This document shows positions 50,765 through 64,000 of a stretch of DNA of 64,000 nt, one piece after another (position 1 is the stretch's first letter; each line of letters starts with the position of its first letter). The notes below the pieces were generated by a model. The model was not told the DNA's origin and made no database searches. It was given only the letters and a program-made list of their open reading frames with translations. The DNA is from Sphaerodactylus townsendi (lineage: Eukaryota), in assembly GCF_021028975.2 (NCBI RefSeq), contig NC_059427.1:159650001-159714000 (forward strand), read 5' to 3'. The position numbers and the translations under genes are program-made.

Positions 50765-51437
50765 GAGAATGCTGCTAGAACACGGCCATACAGCCCGGAA
50801 GCCACACAGCACCCCAGAGGTAATAAAGCTACAGGCATTTGGGGATTTGGGTCAGAACTGGCTTTGCAAAAGCCAGGGGTTCAATGTTCGCTCCAGTGGA
50901 CTTTGGATTGAGGAAATCCTGAATCTGTCACTGAATGAATCATAGACCTGACAACTAACCCCATTTCCTAGTTCTCCTCTATCAGCACATAACTCCTTGG
51001 CAAAAACCCTCTGGAGTCTACAAGAGCTACCTGGTATGTCCAGCTGAGTACTCAGACGGCAAAGAAGTATAGCCACGTCATTCCGCTGACTTGCGTGATA
51101 TAGTTCCAGACCAGTCAAGGGGATTCTGTGACCGGGGCGGGTGAGGAACAGACTGGCTGCTGAGGCGTTGTGTGGAGGATGCGGACCCCCGCTTCAGATG
51201 CAGCACGGCCTCCCTTGCCCTGCTGACAATCCCAATCCCACCTCCTCCCAAGCAGCTCCAGTGCCGTCCAGCGCCAGGCCATGCAGCCCTCGCTCCAAAT
51301 GATCCTCGGGCCACCCTAAACCACAGGCCCCACTTCTGGCCAGGAGACGGTGCTGTGCCATGCCCCCAGTGGAGAGTGGAAGGGCCTTCCTCTCCTGGCC
51401 TGCCCCTCCTCCTCCTCTCCCAGCCCAGCATTTTTAC

Positions 51438-51602
51438 CCTTTCGATGGCTTCTTTTTCCTGAGGCGTGACTTGGATGTAATTCATCTGAGGCGCTTCTTC
51501 CCCAATGGCGCCCATCTCTCCTTCTATGTCTGCAACGTCGGCCATTTCGCCCAAGGGTTCGTTGAGCATCTGGATGAACTGTTCTTGATGCTGGCTGATT
51601 TG
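51438..51602 (-). CDS. RAD23A: RAD23A exon 8
   Basis: [55 protein letters not shown], 165 nt. Confidence 0.96.
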
Positions 51603-52406
51603 CTGGAGGAGGAGGAAGAGGAGGAGGAGTGGTCTGTATGTCTCTGAAGCACCCTCTCTCTCTTACTCACCCACACACCACGCTCCGTTCCTTCTCTTGT
51701 CACAATATCACAAAGTAACACAGATCTGCTTTCAAGGAAAAAACTTAAAATGATGGCAGGAAGGCTCCTGGGTGGGTCCAAAAATCCGCCCTGCCCGGCC
51801 TTCCCATCGGCATCCTCGCCAGGTTCTCTAGTTTTCTCTAGAAGTCAGGGCTGGAGTTTGCCCTTGTCTGGTTCAGGCAAGCCAGTATGCTGCAGTGGCC
51901 ACGGTTATGACCTCTCAGACTAGGGTTCAAAAATACATCCTCTGCCCTGATGCTCGTGGGTGACTTTGGGCTGGCCACGATCAGCCTCACTCACTTGAGA
52001 GCCCAGATGGCACAGAGGTGAGAGTGTCGGACTAGGATCCGGGGGTCCCGGGGCCAGTCACGCTTTCTCAGCCTAGCCTACCTCACAGGGTTGTTGAGAG
52101 GATAAAATGGAAAGGAGGAGAACGACGGCAGCTGCACTGCAGGGGAAGGCAGGGCACAAATGCCACAAATAAATGCAAACGCGCAGGAATGTTGTGAGGG
52201 TAAAACAGGAGGGAAAGGGTCACGTACACGACCTTGAGCTCTGGGCAGAAAGAACAGGATCACGCCCAATCTGTGCAAAAACACCAGGCAAAGGCAAGAC
52301 GACTTGACTTTGGCCTCCACGGCAGTTCCAGCACTGCCTCCAGACACCTGAAATGCTGAGCAGACCCTGCAGCCCGCCCGCCCAGCCCCCCGCCCCAGTC
52401 ATTCAC

Positions 52407-52537
52407 CTGCAGCAGCTGAGGGTTTTCTTGGCCTAACTGCTGGAGCAGAGCAGGGAGCAGAGCCGGGTTCTGTTGGATCACCTGCCGCATGTTCTGGAAC
52501 TGGGGCTGGTCTCGTAGAAATTCAAGAGGATTCTCTC
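52407..52537 (-). CDS. RAD23A: RAD23A exon 7 (XPC-binding/STI1 domain)
   Basis: (G)[43 protein letters not shown], 131 nt. Confidence 0.97.
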
Positions 52538-52786
52538 CTGTAGGGCCCAGGTGGCGTTAAGAGCCAATGCATCCAGCAGGAGTCCACATTATCCTGAAGC
52601 ATCACACCTCCACCCCATTTGCCAAAGCAAAGTGGAAATGAACCGGGGGGGGGGGGGGGATGGAGCACAGGCGGGGGTGAGCAAGGGAAGGTATTCTCCA
52701 GTTGCTGGAATCCCAGCAGTCACTGGCGCTTAACTCTCTCCCCCATTCAAAACTACCGGCACGGAAGTGAGGGAAAGGCCACCCAC

Positions 52787-52862
52787 CTTCTGGGGCTGAC
52801 TGCTCTTGGGACTGGCTCTCCTGCAGGGGAGTGCTCTCTGGTTCCGGACTGTCTGGGATTCC
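52787..52862 (-). CDS. RAD23A: RAD23A exon 6
   Basis: GIPDSPEPESTPLQESQSQEQSAPE, 76 nt, phases consistent with neighbours. Confidence 0.9.
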
Positions 52863-54392
52863 CTGCAATGGCAAGAGAAGCAGAGGTGATGGAATCATTT
52901 CCGTCTTGGGTGCTTTCCAAGGCTTCCCCCCCTCCCCCGACACATTTCGACTGATCAAATGACCAGCCGGCTGGTGTGAATTGACCCGGGCGAGCAGGAT
53001 CTATGCCCTGCTGCAGAAATTCCATAGGGCAGGGGTGTGCAACCTGCAGCTCTCCAGATGTTCATGGACTACGATTCCCATCAGCCCCTGCCACCATGGC
53101 CAAGTGGCAGGGCTGGTGGGAATTGTAGCCCATGAACATCTGGAGAGCCACAGGTTGCACACCCCTGCTATAGGGAGTGTGTGTGTGTGCGTGCGCATGC
53201 CCGCTGTTGGATGCAGAAATTTGTTGGAACACGTTTTATACCCATTCACGTAAATCCAAACAAGTGGGGGACACCTCATTTTCCCTCCCTCATTACTTCC
53301 TGTCTCTCTGAAAGCTCCCAAAGGTTCTGCCACCTTTTCCTGCTCCCTTTCCCACCCACCAACCAATCTAACTTTATCTGCACTGCCGCGCCCACCCACC
53401 GCCTTCAGCTTCCCCTTCTTCCCTCCCCTTGGCAGCCTCTACCAATGAAAAGGCTGGCCCAGTAACACTGTGTCAGCCTGGCTGTTGGGCTGGGCCCAGA
53501 TGCGCAGAGTCTGACCCTCTAACTACTGTACCACACTGACTTCTGTGTGGTGGCTGTCGATGAACAGTAAGCAGCAAGCAGTTCGGGCCATGGCAAATCA
53601 TGCAAGTTGCAGGTTGGCAGCTTGCCCTCTGCTTGGTCCCATGCCTCACCTCATTAAGTCCTTTTTCAAAGGCCAAAACCAACCTGGAGAGTGCCCTGCT
53701 CTTCCCCCCACTTTTTACTAACAGAGCCAAGGCTTGAGGACTGGCAATACTGTGACGATTGCCTAGCACCTGCCACTGAGGTCATTCACTTCTTAAAGCT
53801 ACAAGCGGTGCTTCTACTCTTTTTCGGGGGGGGGGGGGGGGGCCCCCTCCAGTGTACTTTTATTGAGATTTCAGGTTTTCTGCAAACCTGGGACTTTTCT
53901 CAGGCTTGTAGAAAGCTGTTTGTTTGCCCAAGGTCCCAGTCTCTAGATTTAAGTATCCACGGAGCTCTCCAGTACAGGTTCCTCCCACCCCACCCACACA
54001 CTTCTCTACCAGTATTTCTGTGATCCAAGCACAAAGATCACAGACAGGCATCACATTTCTTATTAATGTAAGTTTACTGGAGGTTGGATCAAGCATCGAC
54101 CATCCCCTTTTCTCCTGAAAGGGCACTAACCCCACAGGAAGGCCAGCTGAGTCCCTGCATTCCTGGGACCAGAAGTGAAATACACAAGGACCTGGAGTAA
54201 TAAAAAAATGGCTAATGGAAAGTCAGGCAAGCAAAGAGGTATTCTTGCATTTACTAGGCACTAATTCTTCATTCAGATTGGAATGTTTTCTTAACTGATG
54301 TTTTTAATGTATTGTCGAAGGCTTTCACGGCCGGAATCACTTGGGTGCTGTGTGGTTTCCGGGCTGTAGGGCCGTGTTCTAGCAGCATTCTC

Positions 54393-54435
54393 TCCTGACG
54401 TTTCACCTGAATCTGTGGCTGGCATCTTCAGAGGA
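54393..54435 (-). ncRNA. Minimal hammerhead ribozyme motif in a Penelope-derived repeat (54305-54435)
   Basis: tcct-CTGAAGA-tgccagccacagattcaggt-GAAAC-GTC-agga. Confidence 0.6.
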
Positions 54436-55014
54436 CCAAATCACACCACTGGCCCTTTCAGCTGGGGTTTGGCTTCTCTTGGCAGGCAGGTTGGTCTTTC
54501 CACATGTTACTGTCAGGTAGTGAGTGGCAGCCTGGCCTGGATGCCAAACCTCTGGAAACTCACCGTGCAAAAAGGAACAGCAGCAGCACCCAGCGAGCAA
54601 ATCTGAGCCAGCTCAAGGGGAGGCAAGACAGTGGCACGCACTCACGCACAGCCAGCTCCTTCCTGGGCTCAAGCGTGCGGATGCATTTGCATTTATTTAG
54701 TTCTCCCCAGCTGGGAGTCAAAGCAGCACAGGACATCTTTCCTCTCCCATTTTCTCACAACAACCCAGTGAGATAGACCAGGCTCAGAATTTTTGATAGG
54801 CCTAAGGTCAACTTCTGTGGTAGAAGTGGGAATTTGAACACTAGTGGCCCACGGTCCCAGTCTGCCACTCATGTCCACTACTCCATACTGAAGAGCCTGG
54901 GAAGTCCTGCAAGGAGCTGTATGAGCTCCGGAGGCCCTTCCTCTCTCCCAGTCTGCAATGCGGCCTGCTCTGCAAGGCTGGTTGCAGCAGCTGCAAGACT
55001 GGAGAGACAAGAAG

Positions 55015-55990
55015 AATCATAGAGTTGGAAGAGACCCCAAGGGCCATCAAGTCCAACCCCCTGCAATGCAGGAACACACAATCCAAGCGCTCCTGAATGA
55101 TGGTCATCCAGCCTCTCTTTGAAAAGAAGGAGACTCCACCACACTCCGAGGTAGTGAATTCCACTGTCCTCGTAGGGCATGGATTCCAGACCCGTTACCA
55201 TTTTGGTTGCCTGGCTGTGCTGGCCCTGTCTGGCTGTGCTGGTCAGTCTAGGCTGTGACATTTCCATAGTCAGGTGCATAGAATCATAGAGCTGGAAGAG
55301 ACCACAAGGGCCATCAAGTCCAAATCCCTGCAATGCAGGAACACACAATCAAAGCACTCCTGAAAGAAGGCCATCCAGCCTCTCTTTAAAAACCTCCAAA
55401 GGAGGAGACTCCACCACACTCCGAGGAAGTGAATTCCACTTTCAAACAGCTTTTACTGTCAGGAAATTTTTCCTGATGTTTTGGTGGAATCTCTTTTTCT
55501 TCACCTTAAACCGATGTCTCCTGGTCCTAGTCTCTGAAGCAGCAGAAAACAAGCTTGCTCCCTCACCGACATGACATCCCTTCAAATATCTAAACATGCC
55601 TATCATGTCGCCTCTTAACCTTCTCTTCCTCAAACTAAACATCCCCAGCTCCCTAAGTCTCTCCTCATAGGGCATGGATTCCAGACCTTTGACCATTTTG
55701 GTTGCCCTCCTCTGGACCCGTTCCAGCGTGTCAATGTCCTTCCTGAATTGCGGTGCCCAGAACTGCACACAATATTCCTGCACACAATAACCAATGTAGG
55801 TTCAATTACATTCCTCGATCTAGACACAATATTGCTATTTATACAGCCTGGAATCGCACTGGCTTTCTAGCCCGCCGCATCACACTGCTGACTCATGTTA
55901 AGTTTGTGGTCTGCTAAGACTCCCAGATCCCTTTCACATGTAGTGCTGTCAAGCCAGGTGTCACTCATCCTATATTTGTGCATTTCATTT
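55015..55990 (-). mobile_element. CR1 LINE 3' fragments (two copies)
   Basis: [49 protein letters not shown]. Confidence 0.9.
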
Positions 55991-56233
55991 TTTGTGTGTT
56001 CCTGCATTGAAGGGGGTTGGACTTGATGGCCCTTGGGGTCTCTTCCAACTCTATGATTCTATGCTATGATTCTATCCCATTACCTTGCTGAGTCCGGTAC
56101 CCAAATATTCAGCCCCGACTTACTGCCAAGAACTCATCTTGCCCATCTGCAGGTGGCGAAACATGACCCTCCAAGCTATGCCAGCAGGAAGGATGTACCA
56201 GTCATTGCCATACCTATTTCAATGCTAGCCTTA

Positions 56234-56531
56234 AGAAGAAGAGTTTGGATTTATATCCCCCCTTTCTCTCCTGCAGGAGACTCAAAGGGGCTTACAATCT
56301 CCTTTCCCTCCCCCCCCCCACAACAAACACCCTGTGAGGTGGGTGGGGATGAGAGAGCTCCGAGAAGCTGTGACTAGCCCAAGGTCACCCAGCTGGCGTG
56401 GGTGGGAGTGTACAGGCTAATCTGAATTCCCCAGATAAGCCTCCACAGCTCAGGCGGCAGAGCTGGGAATCAAACCCGGTTCCTCCAGATTAGATACACG
56501 AGCTCTTAAACTCCTACGCCACTGCTGCTCC
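56234..56531 (-). mobile_element. Squam3-type SINE
   Basis: Full consensus match in reverse complement. Confidence 0.85.
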
Positions 56532-56608
56532 TTTCTGGGTGTGACCCAGAAAGCACGTCGCCACGCCTGTTTCAAATCACCAAAGCAAGAGGAAGGGACA
56601 CAGAATTA

Positions 56609-56977
<369 letters not shown>

Positions 56978-57713
56978 CTAAGACACCACCCTGGGAAGTT
57001 CTGGGGCCCCAATCTTTAAGAGCCACCAAGAGCCAGAAGCAGAATTTAGAAGTCAAACTCTCCAGCACCCCGCACTACAAGGGTGGCTTTGCATCTCCAA
57101 ACCCCAGGAAGACCACCATGTCTAAAGGAACCAGAATCTGGCTGCTAAACCTTGTAGACTTCCCTTCTGAGGGGGGAGATGGGGCAATTGGGATTCCGGA
57201 GCTCTAGCCACTAGATTTCTTACAGAGACGAAGCAACAACTCACAACTGCAGCGTCAGAGCCTGCTGCTTTTGCGGTGGGGCCCCCAAAACACAAGCAGG
57301 CTCAGTGCAAGCACGCTGCCCCAAACATGCCTCAGTCCTAAGGCAGAAAACTCAGCAACAGTGAAGACTGGGGCCTGAACAAAAAACCCCAGGACGGCTC
57401 CCAGCATAAGCCCCATGGTTAGCAGAGACTTTGGTTCAGCTGGACTCTTCAGCCTGGTCGTTTTAAATCCCAGTCTTCCCCGTGGAGCTCACTGAATTTC
57501 TTTACCAAGCAGGTTCAACTTTCTCCTCCTGTGTCCCCATCCCTAAAACAACAGAAAACGGTAGCACCACCTCTCCAGTAAACACAGCCCACCTGTGAGT
57601 CCCAAGCTGAAAACCAGTGACCCACAGCATGCTAGATGGCTCTGTATCCGTCAAACAGAAGTAGATGTGTTTTGACCAGCAGCAGCCACTAGAGGGCAGC
57701 AGCAGCATCCAAT

Positions 57714-58012
57714 GAAGAAGAAGAGCTGGAGTTATATCCCCCCCCTTCTCTTCTGTAAGGAGACTCAAAGACTCAAAGTTTTACGAACTCCTTTCCCTTC
57801 CCGCCCTCACAACAAACACCCCGTGAGGTGGGTGGGGCTGAGAGAGCTCCAAAGAGAACTGTGACTAGCCCGAGGTCACCCAGCTGGCGTGTGTTGGAGT
57901 GCACAAGCTAATCTGGTTCACCAGATAAGCCTCCACAGCTCAAGTGGCAGAGCGGGGAATCAAACCCGGTTCTCCAGATTAGAGTGCACCTGCCCTTAAC
58001 CACTACACCACC
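57714..58012 (-). mobile_element. Squam3-type SINE
   Basis: Consensus match in reverse complement. Confidence 0.8.
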
Positions 58013-58183
58013 CTGAACCTTAGTGAACCTGGGAAGCCGGCTAAAGGTGGGTTCGGGGGCGGGGGGGGGGGGCACCCAACAGTTACCAATCAGAGCTGAG
58101 GCAAAGGGGGAGGGTGGCCCACTGCAGCCAAGCAGTGCTGAGCACTCTTCACGGCGACCTGTGAGGGAAAGGCTCTCACCTAC

Positions 58184-58239
58184 CTAAGGTAGAGGCTGCG
58201 TCATCTTCGCGTCCCATGCTACCTGAAGAGGGAACAGAG
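58184..58239 (-). CDS. RAD23A: RAD23A exon 4
   Basis: SVPSSGSMGREDDAASTL, 56 nt, AG/GT. Confidence 0.93.
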
Positions 58240-58975
58240 CTGCGAATTTAAGAGAGAGAAATAGTAGCTGGGTACTTCCAGATCACTGGCCAAGAAAACT
58301 GAAAGAGCAGCTGATTTCCCCTTCAGAGTCACAGCTCCTCTTGGGCTCCCGTGGCTCACCACGAGCTGGTGGCTCTCGGCATGGCCACAACTGGGGGGCT
58401 TCCATTGCAGAATGCTCCTGGGGGGTGGGGGAAGGGGGACAGAGGGATTCCAGGTACTAAGCTAGGAGGCAGGCATGGTCCCAAGAGGACAGCTGACCCC
58501 CAAACTGTGTGCTCCCCCCCCCCGCCGCCCCTTTTTTGCACTTCATCATACCCAATCCCAAGAAAAAAACCCTGGCTGCCCTCAAAAGGTCCCTCACGGA
58601 CCACGGAGGCAGCCATCTTGTCAAAGCAGGACAAGAAGTTCTGGGGCCATTCAAAGCAGGCCCGCATTTCTGTAGGCACAAAGCCGCACCCAAACCCCTC
58701 CCTCCACGTAGGCTGACTCTTCGGCTGCCTTCCAGTCCCCAAACACAAGGATTTTGCTGCCAGGGCTAATGTCCTGGGATGCGCCCAGCTCGCTTTTGAC
58801 TGGCCACTGAGATGGGAGGCGCCGTCTGTGTCCCGGTCTACGCCTCCGGTTCTGCTTGCTCTGCTGCCCCAGAACAAGCCCTGGTGCCAGAATTGCAGAA
58901 CTGGCTGCCAGGAGCTAAGACACCACCCTGGGAAGCGACGGAGACCTGTTGAGCAGGGGGACAAACAAGACTTAC

Positions 58976-59148
58976 CCAACTGTGGTTTCCAGAGGAGAAA
59001 CGGTCATGGCCTCTTCGGGAGGGGGCTCCTCACTTAAAGGAGCAGTAGCTGCTGCAGGCACCGTGGTCGGCCCAGAGGATGGGGCGGGATCTGCGGGGGG
59101 TGCTGCGTCACTGGGGGATGGAACAGGAGCTCCAGAGCCACTTTTATT
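58976..59148 (-). CDS. RAD23A: RAD23A exon 3 (Pro/Ala/Ser linker)
   Basis: NKSGSGAPVPSPSDAAPPADPAPSSGPTT...PLETTVG, 173 nt, phase 0 to 2, fits exons 2 and 4. Confidence 0.9.
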
Positions 59149-60409
59149 CTGATAGGAAAACCAAAAGGACTCTCAGGAAGGAAGAAGCCACAGAGTTCAG
59201 AAAGTACACCGGATCCCTCTTCAGGGTATTGGGGGAGCAGCCAGAAGACCCGTGGTATCTCTTGAGACCAGCAACAACACCCCGTTGCCCGGGTCAAAGC
59301 CCTGAGATAACATACACAACATCAGAACTAACTTGAAGGCCTGAGAGCAAAATAGAGATGTTCACCCACCTACTCCAGAATTTCTTCCAGTGTTACCTGT
59401 CAGGTCCATGACTGTCAGTGCTTAGATGTCTTGCTGTGTGGGAATTGCAAATGTTTCCTGTAAAGGCTTTCCTGTTTCCCTCTCCCCTCCCTGGCAATTC
59501 CCTGGCGCCAGCCCTCCTGCGGGAAGGTGCGAACGTTCCCAGGTTTCTTGAAGCTCTGTAGTGCAAATGTTATACACTTTGTGAAACACATTTGGTGGGA
59601 ATCAAATGGGGGGGGGGATTGAAGGATATAATCGCTGGATCTAAGCAGGAGAGCTTAGATTCAGCTTTCTTTGTTACTCTACACGTGGTAGAAATAAACT
59701 GCTTTAGGACTTTCCTACGGTCTCTGTTATTTCCACGTTCGAGAGCCTGACAGCACCAGGCACGCAGTGTGGTGTGGCAGGAGGGGGCGAGGCGGGGGCA
59801 CAGGACACAGGCATGCCCCAGGCACAGTTCCCCCTCGCTCTGCCCCTGCCTTCCATGTACCCACACCTGCCATACGTTAATGTGGCTTCCTTGCTTTGAT
59901 TTGTTTCCATGTGCTTAGACATGTAGATAAGTAGGCTGCTTGGTACTCTGGATGGGAGTGGGGAGTAGTGGATCCCGGCAGGAGACTATCGCTGTTCTGG
60001 CCTTTGGACACCTGTCTTTGAAAACAAAGTCTTTCACACCTTGTTTTCTCACATTCTCTGGGAAATTGGGAGGGGGGATTCCAAGGGAGACAAATGGGAA
60101 TAAACATGATTGTAAAAGCCAGGATTGCCAGAACTTTCTGAAACCAAGTCCTTGATGCCAACCCAATAAAGACTACTGATCCTGTACCCAGAGTCCGCTT
60201 ATTGATTGTTGGTCCAAGACCTAACACTTACAGATCGCCAACGTTTTCAGGAGATAAGCTTTCAAGAGCCAAAGAGATGACAAAGGGAGGTTTGATTCTC
60301 AAGAGCTCATACCCTGAAAATCTGGTTGGTCTCTAAGGTGCTACTGGATCTGAATCTAGTCATCTTACTGCAAACCACAGCTACCTTGGAAACTATGGTC
60401 AGATTAAGC

Positions 60410-60813
60410 CAGTGATGGCGAACCTTTTTGAGAGCGAGTGCCCAAATTGCAACCCAAAACCCACTTATTTATCGCAAAGTGCCAATACGGCAATTTAATC
60501 TGAATACTGAGGTTTTAGAAAAAACAGTTGGCTCCGAGGCGCATGTTACTCGGGAGTAAGCTTGGTGAAGCAACCGTGCAATGTTTTGAATGGATGAATC
60601 ACGACCCTAGGAGGGTTTACTCAGAAGCAAGCCCCATTGCCAGCAACTGAGCTTACTCCCAGGTAAAGGATCATGCGCAGGCCAGCCTAGGGGTGTGTGT
60701 GTGTGGGGGGGTGATTTTCTACTCCCCCACATGATGAACTCTGTGCATGCGTGCCCACAGAAAGGGCTCTGCATGTCACCTCTGGCACCCGTGCCATAAG
60801 TTCGCCACCACTG
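60410..60813. mobile_element. hAT MITE
   Basis: TSD gattaagc on both sides. Confidence 0.85.
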
Positions 60814-61942
60814 GATTAAGCCAACTTCGGAAGGGGGGGTGGTCAACCAGAAAATGACTTTTTACACGAAAGCTCAAAATTCAGAAGGGGTGCCATGACA
60901 TCTGCTGACACCTTTCGTGGTACCCAGGTGTTTTTAGAAAGTCGGCAGAGCAAGGTGGGGCTGCTGAACAGCTAGGCTTTGGATGGACCGCTGGAGATTT
61001 GACTGGCTGTGAAGATATTTAAAAATCTTGCTTCAGTAGCAACTGACATCACAGCTCAAGGTGATATTATACCTTTAGTCACAGCACTGTATGGCCAAAG
61101 GTACACCAGAGGCATAGCTCCAAGGGGGCCGGGGGGGATGCACCAGATGCGCACCCCTGTGGGGGTGTGGTGAGGGTGTTCTGTGGGCACGGCGAGGCGT
61201 TCCGGGGGCGGAGGACGCACCGGTGCACCGGGCCCTCTCCCCCCCTTGCTATGCCTCTGAGGTACACTGTGTGTATGCAAAGAAACATTTTTAAACAATA
61301 AGTGGTTCACTTTACCTAGAGTTGCCTGTCAGCAGCTGTTAATTGATGGGGGTCTGGTGGGAAACGTGGGGGGTATCGTTGCCTGATGGCAATTATTTTT
61401 CATTATTTTCCCCCTGCCAGCTGCAGGAACAGCGGGGGAAAATGTGTCCGCAGCAGGACTATGGTAAATCACACTCCAATTTCTGTGGTTGGCAGCCATT
61501 TTGGCAGCCATTTTGTGGCTGTACCCACCAAACTGTGAGAGGATTCCCAAGCTGTCCACAGACTCAAAAAGTCTGGGGACCCTTATAGTGAATCACAGCA
61601 CTAGACAGTTACACTGCTGTGCCACGCAATCTAAAATATGCAGATTTCTTAAGAAGTCTGAAAAAACCCCTCCAATGGTGGTGGGGAAACTGTGCCCTCC
61701 AAAGGCTGAAGCAAGAGAAGGGGTTCAGACATGGATGGGCATCTTCCATTCCCTACAGTGGGCAAAGCCTTTTTATCTGTAACCCAGCCCGAAAGATCTT
61801 ATCACAGCAGGCTTGGGAAATGATAATTTTTTAATAACGGTTTTATATTACTATATTACGTTACTATATTTTATGTTGTTCACTGTCCTGAGCCCTTTGG
61901 GGGAGGGCAGTCTAAAAATCCAAAGTATGTATGTACGGACGT

Positions 61943-62235
61943 ACAGTGATACCTTGAAAATCGACACCTTCGATAATTGTTGATTTCAGTAATCGACGAT
62001 TGCCAGGCGCCGATTTCCGCACTCGAAAATCGTCAGCCGCTTCGATTTTCGGCAGCCGCCGAGGGTACGCAAATGCTGTTGCGCATACCCAAATGCCGTT
62101 GCATGATCTTCGCTAAAGAACTTTAGCATGCGCATAAGCGGCGTTCTCCGATGCGAAAATGCGCAAACGAAAGCTGATCAATCCCTTGAAATACGTCGTT
62201 TCCGGAAATCGCCGATAATCTCCGGACAGATTATC
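61943..62235 (+). mobile_element. Tigger/pogo-like element end, truncated by the N gap
   Basis: TA then cagtgataccttga terminus; CpG-rich, so probably young. Confidence 0.5.
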
Positions 62236-63462
62236 NNNNNNNNNNNNNNNNNNNNNNNNNNNNNNNNNNNNNNNNNNNNNNNNNNNNNNNNNNNNNNNNN
62301 NNNNNNNNNNNNNNNNNNNNNNNNNNNNNNNNNNNNNNNNNNNNNNNNNNNNNNNNNNNNNNNNNNNNNNNNNNGAGTTGATTATATCATATGGACATGC
62401 CAAAGGGGGGGGGGCTGCTCTGCTTTGGATGCCAAACCACATCAAAACCTCAGTGTGGAAGCAACCACTTTTCCAATCAAAGCTGATCCCTAATGCCCCT
62501 GTCAGCAATGAAGAGTAGCAAATTAAGCAACAGGCTAATAATGGGAGGAGGAGGAGACACCGCCTGTACACTTGGCCCATGTAAACCTGATGTTAAAGCC
62601 AAAGGTTAATGGATGCTGAGGCCTGAGTCTCAGGCAGCTTCTATTCATCTTCTGGGTGGGCTGCCTTGTGCGAAGCATTGCCAGAACAAAGTCTGTCTGC
62701 TGACCTGCACATGATTCTCTCTTTCTCCAAAAAGGAAAAATAATCCACAGCTGAGAGGGCAGCTAGAACACAAACTGGGCTACAGAAGGGTTGGAGTGAA
62801 AAGCAGCCCCTTCCCTCTCTGTCTCTCAGGATGCCCCAGGGATACAGAAAATGAGGAACCAATTTTCCTGGACACAGAAAATGAAAGCAGCAACCTGGAA
62901 TGCTCCCCGTTTGCAAATCATCAGCAAACCCTGGAAATCTCTTAGCATAGCTTGTCATGCTGCTCTTTCCCTAAGTCTCCTTCTTGCTGGCAAATGAGGA
63001 TATTTTTCACACGATTGGGGTGTTGTGGGGTTTCAAGGTTGTATGGCTGTGTTCCATGCCGAAGATCCTCTGAAGATGCCAGCTACAGATGAAGGCAAAA
63101 AGTTGGGAGAAAATGCTACTGGAACACGGCCATACAACCCAGAAAACCCACAACACACCAGTGATTCCGGCTGTGAAAGCCTTCAACGATACATTTTCAC
63201 ACAATTGTTCAGCACCAGTCTTTGCTCAGTCTGTGACAGACTTCTCCCTCATGCGTTTGCCCAACCACTACGGCCATCTTTTGAGGCCCTATTTTGGGTT
63301 CCTCCACTTCCTGAGATTAGGTGGGAAGCAACCCAGAAAGGGTTTTCCAGATCAGGGCACCAAAGCTCTGGCACTCTCCAGGGAGATTCACCCATCTCCT
63401 TCAGTGATCCCTCCTTCTTAATCAATGCTTTCATTGCTGTTTTTATATTAGTGTATATTATA

Positions 63463-63947
63463 CAGCAGAACCTTGGTTTTCGTTGGTAATCCGTCCGAAA
63501 AGAATCGATGAAAACTGAAACCGCTGAAAACCGAGGCAAACCTTTCCATAGGAATCAATGTAAATCCAATTAATCTGTTCTAGGCACTCCAAAAAACATA
63601 CCAAAAATACATTTTTGGTGAATAAACATAGTGTTTCATGCTGAAAACAGTAACAAACAATAACACTAGGACCAGCTTCAGAGCCAGTGGACCAATGTCG
63701 CACCAGAAAGCTGTCCAAAGAGGTCTTGTTTCTGATGCCTCTTTAAGATTTGTCTGAAATGGGGCAAAACGTTGTCATTAAACAAGTTGCAGACACGGCC
63801 TGCGACAGCTTTGCCCGGGTGATTTTTCTCCACAAACCCCTGCACCTGACTGCAAATCAATGGAAACCAAGGCAAATTTTTCACTGAAAAATCGATGAAA
63901 ACCGAAACCGATGAAAACCAAAGGCAATGAAAACCGAGGTTCCACTG
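63463..63947 (-). mobile_element. Tigger/pogo-derived MITE (second copy)
   Basis: TA TSD; reverse-complement homologue of 1752-2257. Confidence 0.85.
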
Positions 63948-64000
63948 TAATTCTTTTTATCGTTTTAATGGTGTGTGTTAGGGAGGGGTTGCTCTTAAGC

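Noticed and set aside
62375-64000. RAD23A exon 9 (UBA2 domain) or GADD45GIP1
   Set aside because: No LKALGF...AANFLL-like or other recognisable coding sequence found here or in 49279-51437

Overview
Eukaryotic genomic DNA from a squamate reptile, most likely a gecko judging by the SINE and MITE content. It spans the CALR-RAD23A locus. Protein-coding content: (1) a complete 9-exon calreticulin gene (CALR, +, 24390-37651, 416 aa, KDEL end, promoter with ERSE, CCAAT and TATA boxes). (2) RAD23A, with exons 1-2 on + but exons 3-8 on - inside a contig bounded by two N gaps. This is probably a mis-oriented contig, and exon 9 was not found. (3) An SMIM44-like single-pass membrane microprotein gene (+, about 11042-12011) lying where human has FARSA. 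(4) Two - strand exons (5105-5204 and 1500-1615) that splice into an N-terminus resembling SYCE2. Genes 3 and 4 appear to share a bidirectional CpG-island promoter at about 7.8-8.6 kb. The rest is dense, nested transposon debris: Squam3-type tRNA/CORE SINEs, CR1, L2 and R4/Dong LINE 3' ends, many hAT MITEs with nnnTAnnn target duplications (including a SPIN MITE), and Tigger/Tc2-like MITEs. Penelope-derived short repeats carry minimal hammerhead ribozyme cores, often as inverted pairs. All homology calls come from recalled sequences, not from searches.
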